Virus record (IMG/VR): IMGVR_UViG_2718217868_000006
DNA length: 18,841 nt
Source of the DNA: a virus
Lineage: Duplodnaviria; Heunggongvirae; Uroviricota; Caudoviricetes
Direction: 5' to 3' (one strand)
The number at the start of each line of letters is the position of its first letter. The stretch's first letter is position 1. This document shows positions 1-7,875 of the stretch, one piece after another. The notes beneath the pieces are model-generated. The model ran no database searches. It saw only the letters and a program-made list of their open reading frames with translations, and had not been told where the DNA came from. The position numbers were made by a program, and so were the translations under genes.

Positions 1-585
1 CTATTCGATAATGGGTACTGTTGGCCATTCAATATCCGGTGCAGTTGTTGTATTAACACGGTTCAGCAACACCCGATATTTTTTCCAGGCTTCCAGCAAT
101 GAGGTTTCTTCCTCCGTTGCGATCTCCAGATCTACAGCATCCTGAAGTGGCGCTATATGCTCACTGGCTACCTGCATCAGGCTGTTTTTTGTTTCGTCCG
201 CCTCCCGGATCCGGAACAGTTTTTCTGCTTCCGTATCCTTCACCCAGGCTGTGCCGTTCCACTTCTGATATTCCCCTTCCGGCGATAACCAGGTGACATT
301 TTCCGGTAACGGACCGAGTTCAGAAATAAATAACGCGTCGCCGGAAGCCACGTCATAGACGGTTTTTCCCCGATGATCTTCAACGAGATGCCACGATGCC
401 TCATCACTGTTGAAAACAGCCACAAAGCCAGCCGGAATATCTGGCGGTGCAATATCGGTACTGTTTGCTGGCAGACCTGTATGAGGCGGAATATATGCGT
501 CACCTTCACCAATAAATTCATTAGTTCCGGCCAGCAGATTATAAATTTTTATGGTCCGTGGTTGTTCACTCATTCTGAATGCCAT
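1..585 (-). CDS. tfa: Tail fiber assembly protein (Tfa family)
   Basis: 194-aa ORF, ATG at 585..583, stop at 3..1. Translation recognised as lambdoid tail fiber assembly chaperone; immediately follows a tail-fiber C-terminal ORF with a TAATG stop/start overlap. Confidence 0.8.
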   Translation of the reverse strand: MAFRMSEQPRTIKIYNLLAGTNEFIGEGDAYIPPHTGLPANSTDIAPPDIPAGFVAVFNSDEASWHLVEDHRGKTVYDVASGDALFISELGPLPENVTWLSPEGEYQKWNGTAWVKDTEAEKLFRIREADETKNSLMQVASEHIAPLQDAVDLEIATEEETSLLEAWKKYRVLLNRVNTTTAPDIEWPTVPIIE

Positions 586-1151
586 TATGCAAGCCTCACA
601 ATATAGTTAAATGCGATGTTTTTGACGGTGTTTTCCGCGTTACCAGCAGCGTTAACGGTGATGGTGTGTCCATGTGAACCAATCGCAACGGAGTGCGTGT
701 GTGCACCAATACCGACAGTATGTGCGTGTGCACCTGCAGATGCTGCTGTGCCGGACAGTGAGTGGCTATGGTTACCATCTGTACTGGTATTAGCTAACGC
801 CCCCGTAGACATACCTACTGAGCCTTGTACACCCCAGGTATTTTGACCTGAGCTTGTATAACCATATTGATAAGTATCTTTAAAAACACTGGGGTTAAAT
901 CGACGGCCATCTCTATGGCTGTGATTACCAGCTGCATTCGTGCTGCCACTTAAACTATGGGTATGCGCACCAGTGTTATTCGTGGATTTAGTGCCGTAAT
1001 CAAACGACGATGTGGTTTTCGTCCCCAAATCAGTACTGGATGCGCTGGCGCTGTGGGTATGCGATTTTATGCCGTCCTGTTCCTGAGACAATACGGCACG
1101 ACCACTGGCGGGCTTGCCCTTAATCGTCCAGCCACGCATATCAGGGATCAC
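585..1151 (-). CDS. Side tail fiber protein, C-terminal fragment (His-rich HxH repeats); likely a 5'-truncated remnant
   Basis: Translation is Gly/Ser/Thr/His-rich with repeated HTHS/HSHS/GAHTH motifs typical of phage tail-fiber distal domains. Frame stays open upstream to 1208 with no ATG (only GTG at 1151 or ATG at 1139), and no upstream tail genes exist. Confidence 0.65.
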   Translation of the reverse strand: MIPDMRGWTIKGKPASGRAVLSQEQDGIKSHTHSASASSTDLGTKTTSSFDYGTKSTNNTGAHTHSLSGSTNAAGNHSHRDGRRFNPSVFKDTYQYGYTSSGQNTWGVQGSVGMSTGALANTSTDGNHSHSLSGTAASAGAHAHTVGIGAHTHSVAIGSHGHTITVNAAGNAENTVKNIAFNYIVRLA

Positions 1152-1267
1152 GCCTGACGGATAAGCGGCTGCAAGTTTCGGGTATCGTATTAATTGATCT
1201 GCATCAACTTAACGTAAAAACAACTTCAGACAATACAAATCAGCGACACTGAATACGGGACAACCTC

Positions 1268-1501
1268 ATGTCAACGAAGAACAGAACCCGCAGAACAACA
1301 ACCCGCAACATCCGCTTTCCTAACCAAATGATTGAACAAATTAACATCGCTCTTGATCAAAAAGGGTCCGGGAATTTCTCAGCCTGGGTCATTGAAGCCT
1401 GCCGCCGGAGACTGTGCTCAGAAAAAAGAGTTTCTCCTGAAGCAAACAAAGAAAAGAGTGACATTACTGAATTGCTCAGAAAACAGATCAGACCAGATTG
1501 A
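1268..1501 (+). CDS. Small basic prophage protein with ribbon-helix-helix-like motif (YnfO/YlcI-like)
   Basis: 77-aa ORF with a basic N-terminus followed by an RFPNQMIEQINIALD...FSAWVIEACRRRL segment resembling a beta-strand/helix RHH fold. Family assignment is from memory of DLP12/Qin small ORFs. Confidence 0.5.
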   Translation: MSTKNRTRRTTTRNIRFPNQMIEQINIALDQKGSGNFSAWVIEACRRRLCSEKRVSPEANKEKSDITELLRKQIRPD

Positions 1502-1542
1502 AGCAATTTAGATAATCGTGCAGACTACGCCCCTCATATCAC

Positions 1543-1968
1543 ATGGAAGGTACTACAATGGCTCAGGTTGCCATTTTTAAACAAATATTCGATAAAGTGC
1601 GAAATAATTTAAACTATCACTGGTTTTATTCTGAACTAAAACGTCACAATGTCTCACATTACATTTACTATTTAGCCACAGAGAATATTCATCTTGTTCT
1701 TGAAAACGATAATACGGTTTTAATAAAAGGACAGGGTAAGGTTGTAAATGTAAGATTTTCAAAAAATAAATGCCTTATAGAAGCCACCTTAAAAGGATTC
1801 AAATCAGGAGAGTTATCATTTTACGAATACAGGAAAAATCTTGCTACAGCAGGGGTTTTCAGATGGATTACAAATATCCACGAAAACAAAAGGTATTACT
1901 ATACCTTTGATAATTCATTACTCTTTACTGAGAACATTCAGAACACTACACAAATATTTCCGCACTAA
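1543..1968 (+). CDS. DUF1398-family prophage protein (YdfO/YbcV-like)
   Basis: 141-aa ORF, AT-rich; translation resembles DLP12/Qin YbcV/YdfO proteins. True start may be the second Met at 1558. Confidence 0.55.
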   Translation: MEGTTMAQVAIFKQIFDKVRNNLNYHWFYSELKRHNVSHYIYYLATENIHLVLENDNTVLIKGQGKVVNVRFSKNKCLIEATLKGFKSGELSFYEYRKNLATAGVFRWITNIHENKRYYYTFDNSLLFTENIQNTTQIFPH

Positions 1969-2260
1969 ATCATAACGTCCGGTTTCTTCCGTGCCAGAAC
2001 CGGACTCGCTGGCATGATGAAATATGTGTACCCGGTAACCCCGGTGTGCATCGTTTTTGATTATTCCCGCACACTCGCGCAGAAGGAGTTCCCCGTCGGG
2101 CTACGGTCTCTGTTAATACGGGAATACGGCGACGATACAGCGCATGATGTGTCAGGCTTGAATACCTTTATCCTTTAAAAGGGATATCAGTTAAGTTATC
2201 CCGTGTAGGGTATAAGCCATTATCAAAGCCACTCTGTAGGAAGTGGCTTTTGTAATGGCA

Positions 2261-2285
2261 ATAAAAAGCCCCGCGAATGCGAGGC
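2261..2285 (-). terminator. Putative intrinsic terminator downstream of the lysis cassette
   Basis: On the - strand: AGCCUCGC-AUUC-GCGGGGCU stem-loop (one G-U wobble) followed by UUUUUAUU, about 175 nt after the Rz stop. Confidence 0.45.
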
Positions 2286-2459
2286 TAAATCCTGGTATTT
2301 GTAATGACTGGCTCTTATCTCAACGCAGCCCCTTACCGCGCGCAAAATGCTCAATATCAAGCATCAGCAATGAGATGTTTAATCTGGATTCACTCCAGAA
2401 GTGAGCACCACCCTGTCTACAGAGCCAGATGTGAAGGATGATGAGTAAAATTATCGCTA

Positions 2460-2927
2460 TCATCGAAGGCATTGCGTCCTGATGTATTCCTGAAGCGTTC
2501 TCAGTGCTGTTTGGTCGCGGATAATTCCGTCCCGGATACCGAGAACGTTTCGTCCAGCAACTGGAGAGAGTTCGACGGTGGCATCATTGCCCATGCCGGA
2601 GGCGCTGGAGGTTTCGGCTGAGGATGGCACAGGGCATTTTCCTTTGACGAGCACCCGACCACCATTATCAAGCTTGCGCCGAAGAGCATCATTTTCAGCT
2701 TTCGCATCAGCTAACTCCTTCGTATATTTATCATCGAGTGCATCAGCATCACGCTGGCGCTGCTGCATGTCAGTAATGGTGGCGTTCGCCTTCTCCAGTT
2801 CACTGGCCTTGTTATCGCGCTGTTCTTTGTAGGCGATTGCATTATCACGGTAATGATTAACAGCCCATGACAGGCAGACGATGATGCAGATAACCAGAGC
2901 GGAGATAATCGCGGTTACCCTGCTCAT
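2460..2927 (-). CDS. Rz: Rz i-spanin (inner-membrane spanin subunit)
   Basis: N-terminal transmembrane segment then a charged coiled-coil region; ATG at 2927 overlaps the endolysin stop (ATGA). The ORF track extends to 2939 but 2927 (MSRV...) gives the classic overlap. Contains an embedded Rz1 ORF. Confidence 0.85.
   Translation of the reverse strand: MSRVTAIISALVICIIVCLSWAVNHYRDNAIAYKEQRDNKASELEKANATITDMQQRQRDADALDDKYTKELADAKAENDALRRKLDNGGRVLVKGKCPVPSSAETSSASGMGNDATVELSPVAGRNVLGIRDGIIRDQTALRTLQEYIRTQCLR
2501..2707 (-). CDS. Rz1: Rz1 o-spanin (outer-membrane lipoprotein), embedded in Rz in another frame
   Basis: 68-aa ORF wholly inside Rz. Signal peptide with lipobox VVGC-S and a proline-rich mature region ([11 protein letters not shown]), like lambda Rz1. 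Confidence 0.85.
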   Translation of the reverse strand: MRKLKMMLFGASLIMVVGCSSKENALCHPQPKPPAPPAWAMMPPSNSLQLLDETFSVSGTELSATKQH

Positions 2928-3421
2928 TGTTGCCCCCACAAACAGACCTCACGCTCAATCTCACGACGAGTCATCAGGCCTTTCCATTGCTTACCGCCAG
3001 CGTATGCCCAGCGACGTAGCTGGTCACATGCGCCCTTGATATCGCCCTGGTTTATTTTGCGAAGAAGAGTAGATGTTCTGAAATTGCCTGCGCCCACGTT
3101 ATAGACGAACGAGTAAAGAGCGCCGCGCGTTGTTTCCGGTATATCGACTTTGATGTACGGGTTAATTTGTCTGGCTACCGTGGCAAGGTCTTTATTCAGG
3201 AGGGCTTTGCATTCTGCTTCGGTATACGTTTTACCGGGAATGATGTCTTTTCCTGTATGCCCGTGACATACAGTCCATACGCCAACGATATCTTTGTATG
3301 GTATGTAGCTGACACCTTCCAGACCATCGTTACCACTTGGGCCAGTGATTAACACTGATGCTATAGCAATTGCTCCGCCACCAATAGCAGCAGCAACGGC
3401 TTTTCGTAATGATGGAGGCAT
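2924..3421 (-). CDS. R: SAR endolysin (phage lysozyme, phage 21 R-like)
   Basis: 165-aa ORF with a Gly/Ala-rich N-terminal signal-anchor-release segment ([18 protein letters not shown]) followed by a T4-lysozyme-like domain. Start overlaps the holin stop at 3421. Confidence 0.9.
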   Translation of the reverse strand: MPPSLRKAVAAAIGGGAIAIASVLITGPSGNDGLEGVSYIPYKDIVGVWTVCHGHTGKDIIPGKTYTEAECKALLNKDLATVARQINPYIKVDIPETTRGALYSFVYNVGAGNFRTSTLLRKINQGDIKGACDQLRRWAYAGGKQWKGLMTRREIEREVCLWGQQ

Positions 3422-3636
3422 TATTCACCTCTCGCAGCCTTGCGCTTATCTTCTTTAATCTTGAAATAAAGGTTTGTCAGGTACGTCAGCAGGCCAAATA
3501 CCAGGCTACCCAGCACACCTATTGCTGCCCACTGTGAGGGCGTGACTTTATCGAGCAGCTGTAAAAACCAGTAACCGGCACTACCTGCTGAGGTGCCATA
3601 GGCGACACCCGTTGTTAACTTATCCATGGATTTCAT
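3421..3636 (-). CDS. S: Class II holin/pinholin (phage 21 S-like) with dual-start motif
   Basis: 71-aa ORF beginning MKSM (Met1 at 3636, Met4 at 3627), two transmembrane segments and a charged C-terminus; closely matches remembered S21. SD GGAGGTGAGG upstream. Confidence 0.9.
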
Positions 3637-3730
3637 AGCCTCACCTCCGCAAATAACGGATGGTGTACACGGTTCGGAACGAAGAGGAAAGGTATAGAAG
3701 TTACATTAGCGTAAGGCTTGAACATCTATT

Positions 3731-3761
3731 CAAAAAGAAAAACGCCGCGATTATTCTGGCG
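3731..3761 (-). terminator. Putative intrinsic terminator after the AraC-family gene
   Basis: On the - strand: short GC stem (CGCC...GGCG) followed by UUUUUCUUUUU, about 60 nt after the AraC-type ORF stop. Confidence 0.4.
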
Positions 3762-3823
3762 TAGCTGAAAGCATCATACAATTATCAAATACGAAAATTA
3801 CAAAATCATTAAAACGCATCACG

Positions 3824-4411
3824 TTACATCATGTCTTTTTCTAAAAAAAATCTTGATGAATATTGATGGAGAGGAACACCAAAATACCTTCTGAAAACAC
3901 TTACAAAATATGACGTGTTTTCATAACCGCATATCTCAGCAACTTTTCCAACAGAATATAAATTGTAGCTTAATAACCTTTCCGCCATCACCATTCGCTC
4001 TTCAAGAATTAACTTACTAAATGATAAGCCTTCGTGCTTTAATTTTCTTTTTAACAGACTTTCACTCAGATACAGTCTTGAAGATATATCACAAAGTCTC
4101 CATGCTGCAGATATATCCGTATGAATAATAGCCTTAACTTTACTTCCTAAACTATTAAGACATCCAAATAAAAAACTTTGCACTATTTTCTCTGAAGATA
4201 AGATAGCAAGACATGCAAGTGATATTTGATTTCTAACAAAATCCACAGTTCTGCCATCACAATTCAAGCATGCAATCAAGTTCTTTAACAATGAAAAATC
4301 TTCACATTCCACCATCAAGTATGCCGGATAAAACCTTCTTACAGAAAAAGGTGAGAGTGTGTTGCTTTTAAAGAAATCATTAACTGTTTTCTCTTCAACA
4401 TCTACGATCAT
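3824..4411 (-). CDS. AraC/XylS-family transcriptional regulator (short, AT-rich cargo gene)
   Basis: 195-aa ORF with a C-terminal double helix-turn-helix region typical of AraC-family proteins (…SFSKLILEERMVMAERLL…VGKVAEICGYENTSYFVSVFRRYFGVPLHQY). Markedly AT-rich coding and flanking DNA. Confidence 0.7.
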   Translation of the reverse strand: MIVDVEEKTVNDFFKSNTLSPFSVRRFYPAYLMVECEDFSLLKNLIACLNCDGRTVDFVRNQISLACLAILSSEKIVQSFLFGCLNSLGSKVKAIIHTDISAAWRLCDISSRLYLSESLLKRKLKHEGLSFSKLILEERMVMAERLLSYNLYSVGKVAEICGYENTSYFVSVFRRYFGVPLHQYSSRFFLEKDMM

Positions 4412-4904
4412 TACATGATCTATATTTGATGAAAAAAATCTTTTAAATTGTAATCAATGAGAACAGCACTTCCTTTTTAAACAAAATATCTTCTTTACCA
4501 ATTCGGACATCAAACGAGTTCAACACCAAAATAATAGAACATATGTATGGCATATTATCCACCTGATATCATTGGGGTTACACCAGGTAAGTATAGGTGG
4601 AAAATCAATATTCGCCAGTTCAACAATAAGGAAAATTTCATTGCATCACAAGTATAAAATTATGTATTTAACTCACAAAGACAAATTATTAAACCAATCT
4701 GTTATATTATATATAGCTGCGTGGAATCATAATATTATATATTTTGACTGGCATGTTTACCAACTTTAAGTTGCATCTCAATTGTTTCTTCAGCGTAAAC
4801 AGAGTTTTTATACAAACTGACACTCTGGGTATCATAGTGTAGTTTTTACGATTGTAAATATCCTGCATGCAGGAACTCATCCTTTTGGATGATATCGCAT
4901 ACAA

Positions 4905-5864
4905 TTAATTTACCATCAGTCTTAGAGCCAGTTCGTCCGGATAGGGATCGAAGTAATTCTGTGTAAGCAAGTAATCATTAGGATACTCACCCAGATAATG
5001 CTTCAGCAGAGTCAACGGCGCAAGAAGAGGTAATGTGCCAGAACGATAGTTAAGTATAACCTCGCTCAACTCTTTACGCTGGCGTGTACTTAAGTAGTTA
5101 CTAAAATACCCCTGTATATGCATCAGCACATTCGTGTGATTTTTACGTGATGCAGGTTTTCTGAGAATCGCCATCAGCTTATCACGATACACCTCAAAGT
5201 ATGATTCAAGGTCCGCCCACTCGTGTATTGCAGCCACAAATGGTCCCATATCTTTATAGCCTGCCTGACTATGCGCCAACAACTGAAGCTTATAACGACT
5301 ATGAAAAGCTAATAACTCTCTTCTTGATAATTTCTCCTTGTAAAGGTGATTGAGCTCATGCAAAGCAAAAACTCTTTCAACAAAATTCTCACGAAGCACT
5401 GGATCATGTAATCGCCCATCCTCTTCAACCGGTAGCCAGGAAAACTTTTCCATCAAAGTGCTCGTAAATAGTCCCACTCCATCTTTACGACCTCGATTAC
5501 CATTTTCATCATAGACACGCACGCGCTCCATGCCACAGCTGGGAGATTTAGCACAAACCACAAACCCCGATACATCCTTTAATTTGTCCATATAAGAACG
5601 ACTAAACTCTGTCATTCTCTCTGTCACATCCTCATTCTGGTCGTGGCTGAAACACATCCGTATATTTCCTTGCATCGAGCGCACAAGACGTAGAGCAGGA
5701 CGCGGAACTGGCAGCCCTATAGCCATTTCCGGACATACTGGTCTGAATGTTACCCATTCCACTAATTTGTCCATTAAAAAGTCAGCTCTTTTGTGACCAC
5801 CATCAAAACGAACAGCAGAACCGGCCAAACAACCGCTGATTCCAATCACAGGTTTTTTTATCAT
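4905..5864 (-). CDS. DUF523(TudS-like)/DUF1722 fusion protein, putative [4Fe-4S] thionucleoside desulfidase (RudS-like)
   Basis: 319-aa ORF. N-terminal half has the three-Cys signature of DUF523/TudS (GISGCLAG, RPVCPE, SPSCG); C-terminal half resembles YbgA-type DUF1722. SD AGGGGGAGAAT upstream of ATG at 5864. Confidence 0.65.
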   Translation of the reverse strand: MIKKPVIGISGCLAGSAVRFDGGHKRADFLMDKLVEWVTFRPVCPEMAIGLPVPRPALRLVRSMQGNIRMCFSHDQNEDVTERMTEFSRSYMDKLKDVSGFVVCAKSPSCGMERVRVYDENGNRGRKDGVGLFTSTLMEKFSWLPVEEDGRLHDPVLRENFVERVFALHELNHLYKEKLSRRELLAFHSRYKLQLLAHSQAGYKDMGPFVAAIHEWADLESYFEVYRDKLMAILRKPASRKNHTNVLMHIQGYFSNYLSTRQRKELSEVILNYRSGTLPLLAPLTLLKHYLGEYPNDYLLTQNYFDPYPDELALRLMVN

Positions 5865-6056
5865 ATTCTCCCCCTTGACTAATTCATTAACACATAAACT
5901 GTGTAGTGCACGGAATAAATTGCCTTTCTGGCGTCATCACTGACAATTTTTCTGTTATGGACTATTCCTAATATAGTATGAAAGTTCTTTAAGTGATCGG
6001 TCGTAATCATCTATCTTTCATACTTACTCTCAACTATCAAAAGTACAGGATTTATT

Positions 6057-6581
6057 ATGAAGTTATGGCCTGTGTTGACTGGCATTGCACTCTCTTTCAC
6101 TCTTATAGCATGTAAGGCCCCGACACCACCTAAAGGTGTGCAGCCGATTACAAATTTTGACGCCAACCGCTACCTCGGAAAATGGTATGAAATAGCTCGC
6201 CTCGAGAACCGGTTCGAACGTGGTCTGGAACAGGTCAGCGCTACTTATGGAAAACGGAACGACGGAGGGATTCGTGTACTTAACCGTGGATACGATCCAA
6301 CGAAAAATAAATGGAGCGAGAGCGAAGGTAAAGCATACTTTACTGGAGATACTAAAACTGCAGCATTGAAGGTTTCGTTTTTTGGCCCCTTCTATGGTGG
6401 CTATAATGTAATCAAACTGGATGATGAGTATAAGTATGCTCTTGTCAGTGGTCCGAACAGAGAATACCTATGGATTCTGGCAAGGACCCCAACTATTCCA
6501 GATAAAGTAAAAGCAGACTATGTGCGAACCGCTCAAAAGTTGGGATTCAATGTCAATGAATTATTATGGGTTAAACAATAA
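6057..6581 (+). CDS. Bacterial lipocalin (Blc-like outer-membrane lipoprotein)
   Basis: 174-aa ORF with lipoprotein signal (lipobox LIAC) and strong similarity to remembered E. coli Blc (…FDANRYLGKWYEIARLENRFERGLE…KVSFFGPFYGGYNVI…YLWILARTP…). Encoded opposite to late transcription. Confidence 0.85.
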   Translation: MKLWPVLTGIALSFTLIACKAPTPPKGVQPITNFDANRYLGKWYEIARLENRFERGLEQVSATYGKRNDGGIRVLNRGYDPTKNKWSESEGKAYFTGDTKTAALKVSFFGPFYGGYNVIKLDDEYKYALVSGPNREYLWILARTPTIPDKVKADYVRTAQKLGFNVNELLWVKQ

Positions 6582-6609
6582 AATCCCTACCCGAAATAAT
6601 ACTTATTAG

Positions 6610-6636
6610 AAAAAAACCAGCCTTTGGGGAGGCTGG
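6610..6636 (-). terminator. Intrinsic terminator downstream of Q (tR'-like)
   Basis: On the - strand: CCAGCC-UCCCCAAA-GGCUGG hairpin followed by U7, about 100 nt after the Q stop, where a lambdoid late-leader terminator is expected. Confidence 0.55.
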
Positions 6637-6736
6637 CTAAATCAGGAAACAAGCTGTTATATGATAATAACTACGTTGCGATTCCAACATTTAAAATGTT
6701 AGACTAATGACAATCAGACAGCAACTTTTCCTTTAA
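6637..6736 (-). promoter_or_regulatory. Putative late promoter PR' / Q-utilisation region
   Basis: Position only: between the Q stop and the tR'-like terminator. Candidate -35/-10 hexamers (TTGCTG, 17-nt spacer, TAACAT on the - strand) are weak and not verified. Confidence 0.35.
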
Positions 6737-7129
6737 TTATTTCGAACAATCAGCATCCATCTCCAATCGGAGATCCAACACCATCAGCATACCCTCCACT
6801 ACGCCCTCAGCTTTCTGAAGCATCCTGCCAACCCAACAATCAGATCGCCCATGCTTACGTGCAAGCGCCATAAAAGTCATGCCGCCGACATAATAGTCCA
6901 CCAATAAATCATGCAAATCGCTGTTGTTCTTTTTCAGACGGGCCATGCACCCGCAAATGATCATCGCGTCATCGTCACAACATTGTGGGCGAGATTTTAC
7001 TTTTGAAGGAATTAATCCCTTAAAACCGGCGGCAATGGACGACCAGGTCACATCTTCATGATTATTAGCCGCCCACGCTCCCCAACGCTCAAGAACCATC
7101 TGAATATCACGCATCAACTTACTCCACAA
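6737..7129 (-). CDS. Q: Late-gene antiterminator Q (DLP12 QuuD / phage 21-82 type)
   Basis: 130-aa ORF with a Cys-rich segment ([12 protein letters not shown]) and similarity to remembered QuuD; sits between rusA/ylcG and the lysis genes. Start may be the internal Met at 7114. Confidence 0.75.
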   Translation of the reverse strand: MWSKLMRDIQMVLERWGAWAANNHEDVTWSSIAAGFKGLIPSKVKSRPQCCDDDAMIICGCMARLKKNNSDLHDLLVDYYVGGMTFMALARKHGRSDCWVGRMLQKAEGVVEGMLMVLDLRLEMDADCSK

Positions 7130-7199
7130 AACTCAGACCAGAACGCCAATTACAAGCAAAAATCAACAAAACAGTATTAGTTGATTGTTATCTCTGACT

Positions 7200-7340
7200 T
7201 CATACTCCTGCTCCTGTCAGTGTTTTGGCGTAATTCTTCAGTATTCGGTAATCGGTCAAAACAGAACCGGGGAAACGATATAAGCGCAGACGCCCCCAGC
7301 GGTGGCGAAGAAGTTCTGCCATATTAAACTCAAACATCAT
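7200..7340 (-). CDS. ylcG: YlcG-like small protein (46 aa)
   Basis: Not on the ORF track (under 60 aa). ATG at 7340 overlaps the rusA stop (ATGA); translation [46 protein letters not shown] matches remembered DLP12 YlcG, between rusA and Q. Confidence 0.6.
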   Translation of the reverse strand: MMFEFNMAELLRHRWGRLRLYRFPGSVLTDYRILKNYAKTLTGAGV

Positions 7341-7699
7341 TCATTCCCCATTTCGGTGATGGTCAGTTCCAGCCTCCCACCTTTGGTAACAGGCATCTTC
7401 ACAACGCGGTAATCAACGACCTGAGCATCATCCAGCCAGAAACCTGCTTTAGTGAGTGCGTCAAAAGCGGCTTTTTGCAGATTATCCAGGTCACGGCGAC
7501 GGCGATCCGGCATGTGGCACTCAATGCGGATTTTCACAGGCATAGTCAGGCCGATATCCAGCATTGCGTTTTTAATGATTCGGGCGACGTTATCGCGGTA
7601 TGCCTGCCCCTCTGCGCTGACGTGCGTGCGCCCGCGATTATGGCGGTAATAGCGATTATTGCTCGGAGGCCAGGGTAATGTGATGCTGTAGGTATTCAC
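7337..7699 (-). CDS. rusA: Holliday junction resolvase RusA
   Basis: 120-aa ORF, GTG start, near-identical to remembered E. coli RusA ([26 protein letters not shown]…). Confidence 0.9.
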   Translation of the reverse strand: MNTYSITLPWPPSNNRYYRHNRGRTHVSAEGQAYRDNVARIIKNAMLDIGLTMPVKIRIECHMPDRRRRDLDNLQKAAFDALTKAGFWLDDAQVVDYRVVKMPVTKGGRLELTITEMGNE

Positions 7700-7788
7700 G
7701 CCTTAATAACCCCCTCTTTCAGCCAGATACGCTCCTGTCCGGCAAAGTTACCTCTGCCGAAGTTGAGTATTTTTGCTGTATTTGTCAT
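7696..7788 (-). pseudogene. O: Replication initiator O remnant: first 20 codons of lambda O fused to 10 unrelated codons
   Basis: ATG at 7788 with lambda O N-terminus MTNTAKILNFGRGNFAGQER, then divergence ([10 protein letters not shown], stop) running into the rusA GTG. No iterons/ori or P gene follow. Confidence 0.8.
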
Positions 7789-7798
7789 AATGACTCCT

Positions 7799-7875
7799 GT
7801 TGATAGATCCAGTAATGACCTCAGAACTCCATCTGGATTTGTTCAGAACGCTCGGTTGCCGCCGGGCGTTTTTTA
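7799..7875 (+). ncRNA. oop: oop antisense RNA (about 77 nt) overlapping the 3' end of cII
   Basis: + strand sequence GTTGATAGATCCAGTAATGACCTCAGAACTCCATCTGGATTTGTTCAGAACGCTCGGTTGCCGCCGGGCGTTTTTTAT matches remembered lambda oop RNA with its terminator. Candidate po promoter: -35 TTGAGT 7763..7768, -10 CATAAT 7786..7791. Confidence 0.7.

Noticed and set aside
99-606. Track ORFs 99..296(+), 240..521(-) and 373..606(+) overlapping tfa
   Set aside because: They lie inside or antisense to the well-supported tfa ORF in other frames, with no start context or recognisable product; treated as spurious.
596-1157. Track ORFs 596..778(-), 616..846(+) and 957..1157(+) overlapping the tail-fiber fragment
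   Set aside because: Alternative-frame or antisense ORFs within the His/Gly-rich tail-fiber coding frame; the low-complexity sequence generates open frames by chance.
4572-4904. 65-aa ORFs 4572..4769(+) and 4707..4904(-) in the AT-rich region upstream of the AraC-type gene
   Set aside because: AT-rich intergenic DNA; the - strand ORF uses a TTG start directly abutting the preceding stop, and neither has an SD or recognisable fold. More likely promoter or regulatory DNA than coding.
6610-6636. Hairpin after the lipocalin gene as a + strand terminator
   Set aside because: On the + strand the hairpin is preceded, not followed, by the A/T tract; the U-run follows the stem only on the - strand, so it is annotated as a - strand (tR'-like) terminator.
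7452-7678. ORFs 7452..7649(+) and 7475..7678(+) antisense to rusA
   Set aside because: Antisense to a strongly supported rusA; GC-rich sequence gives chance open frames.
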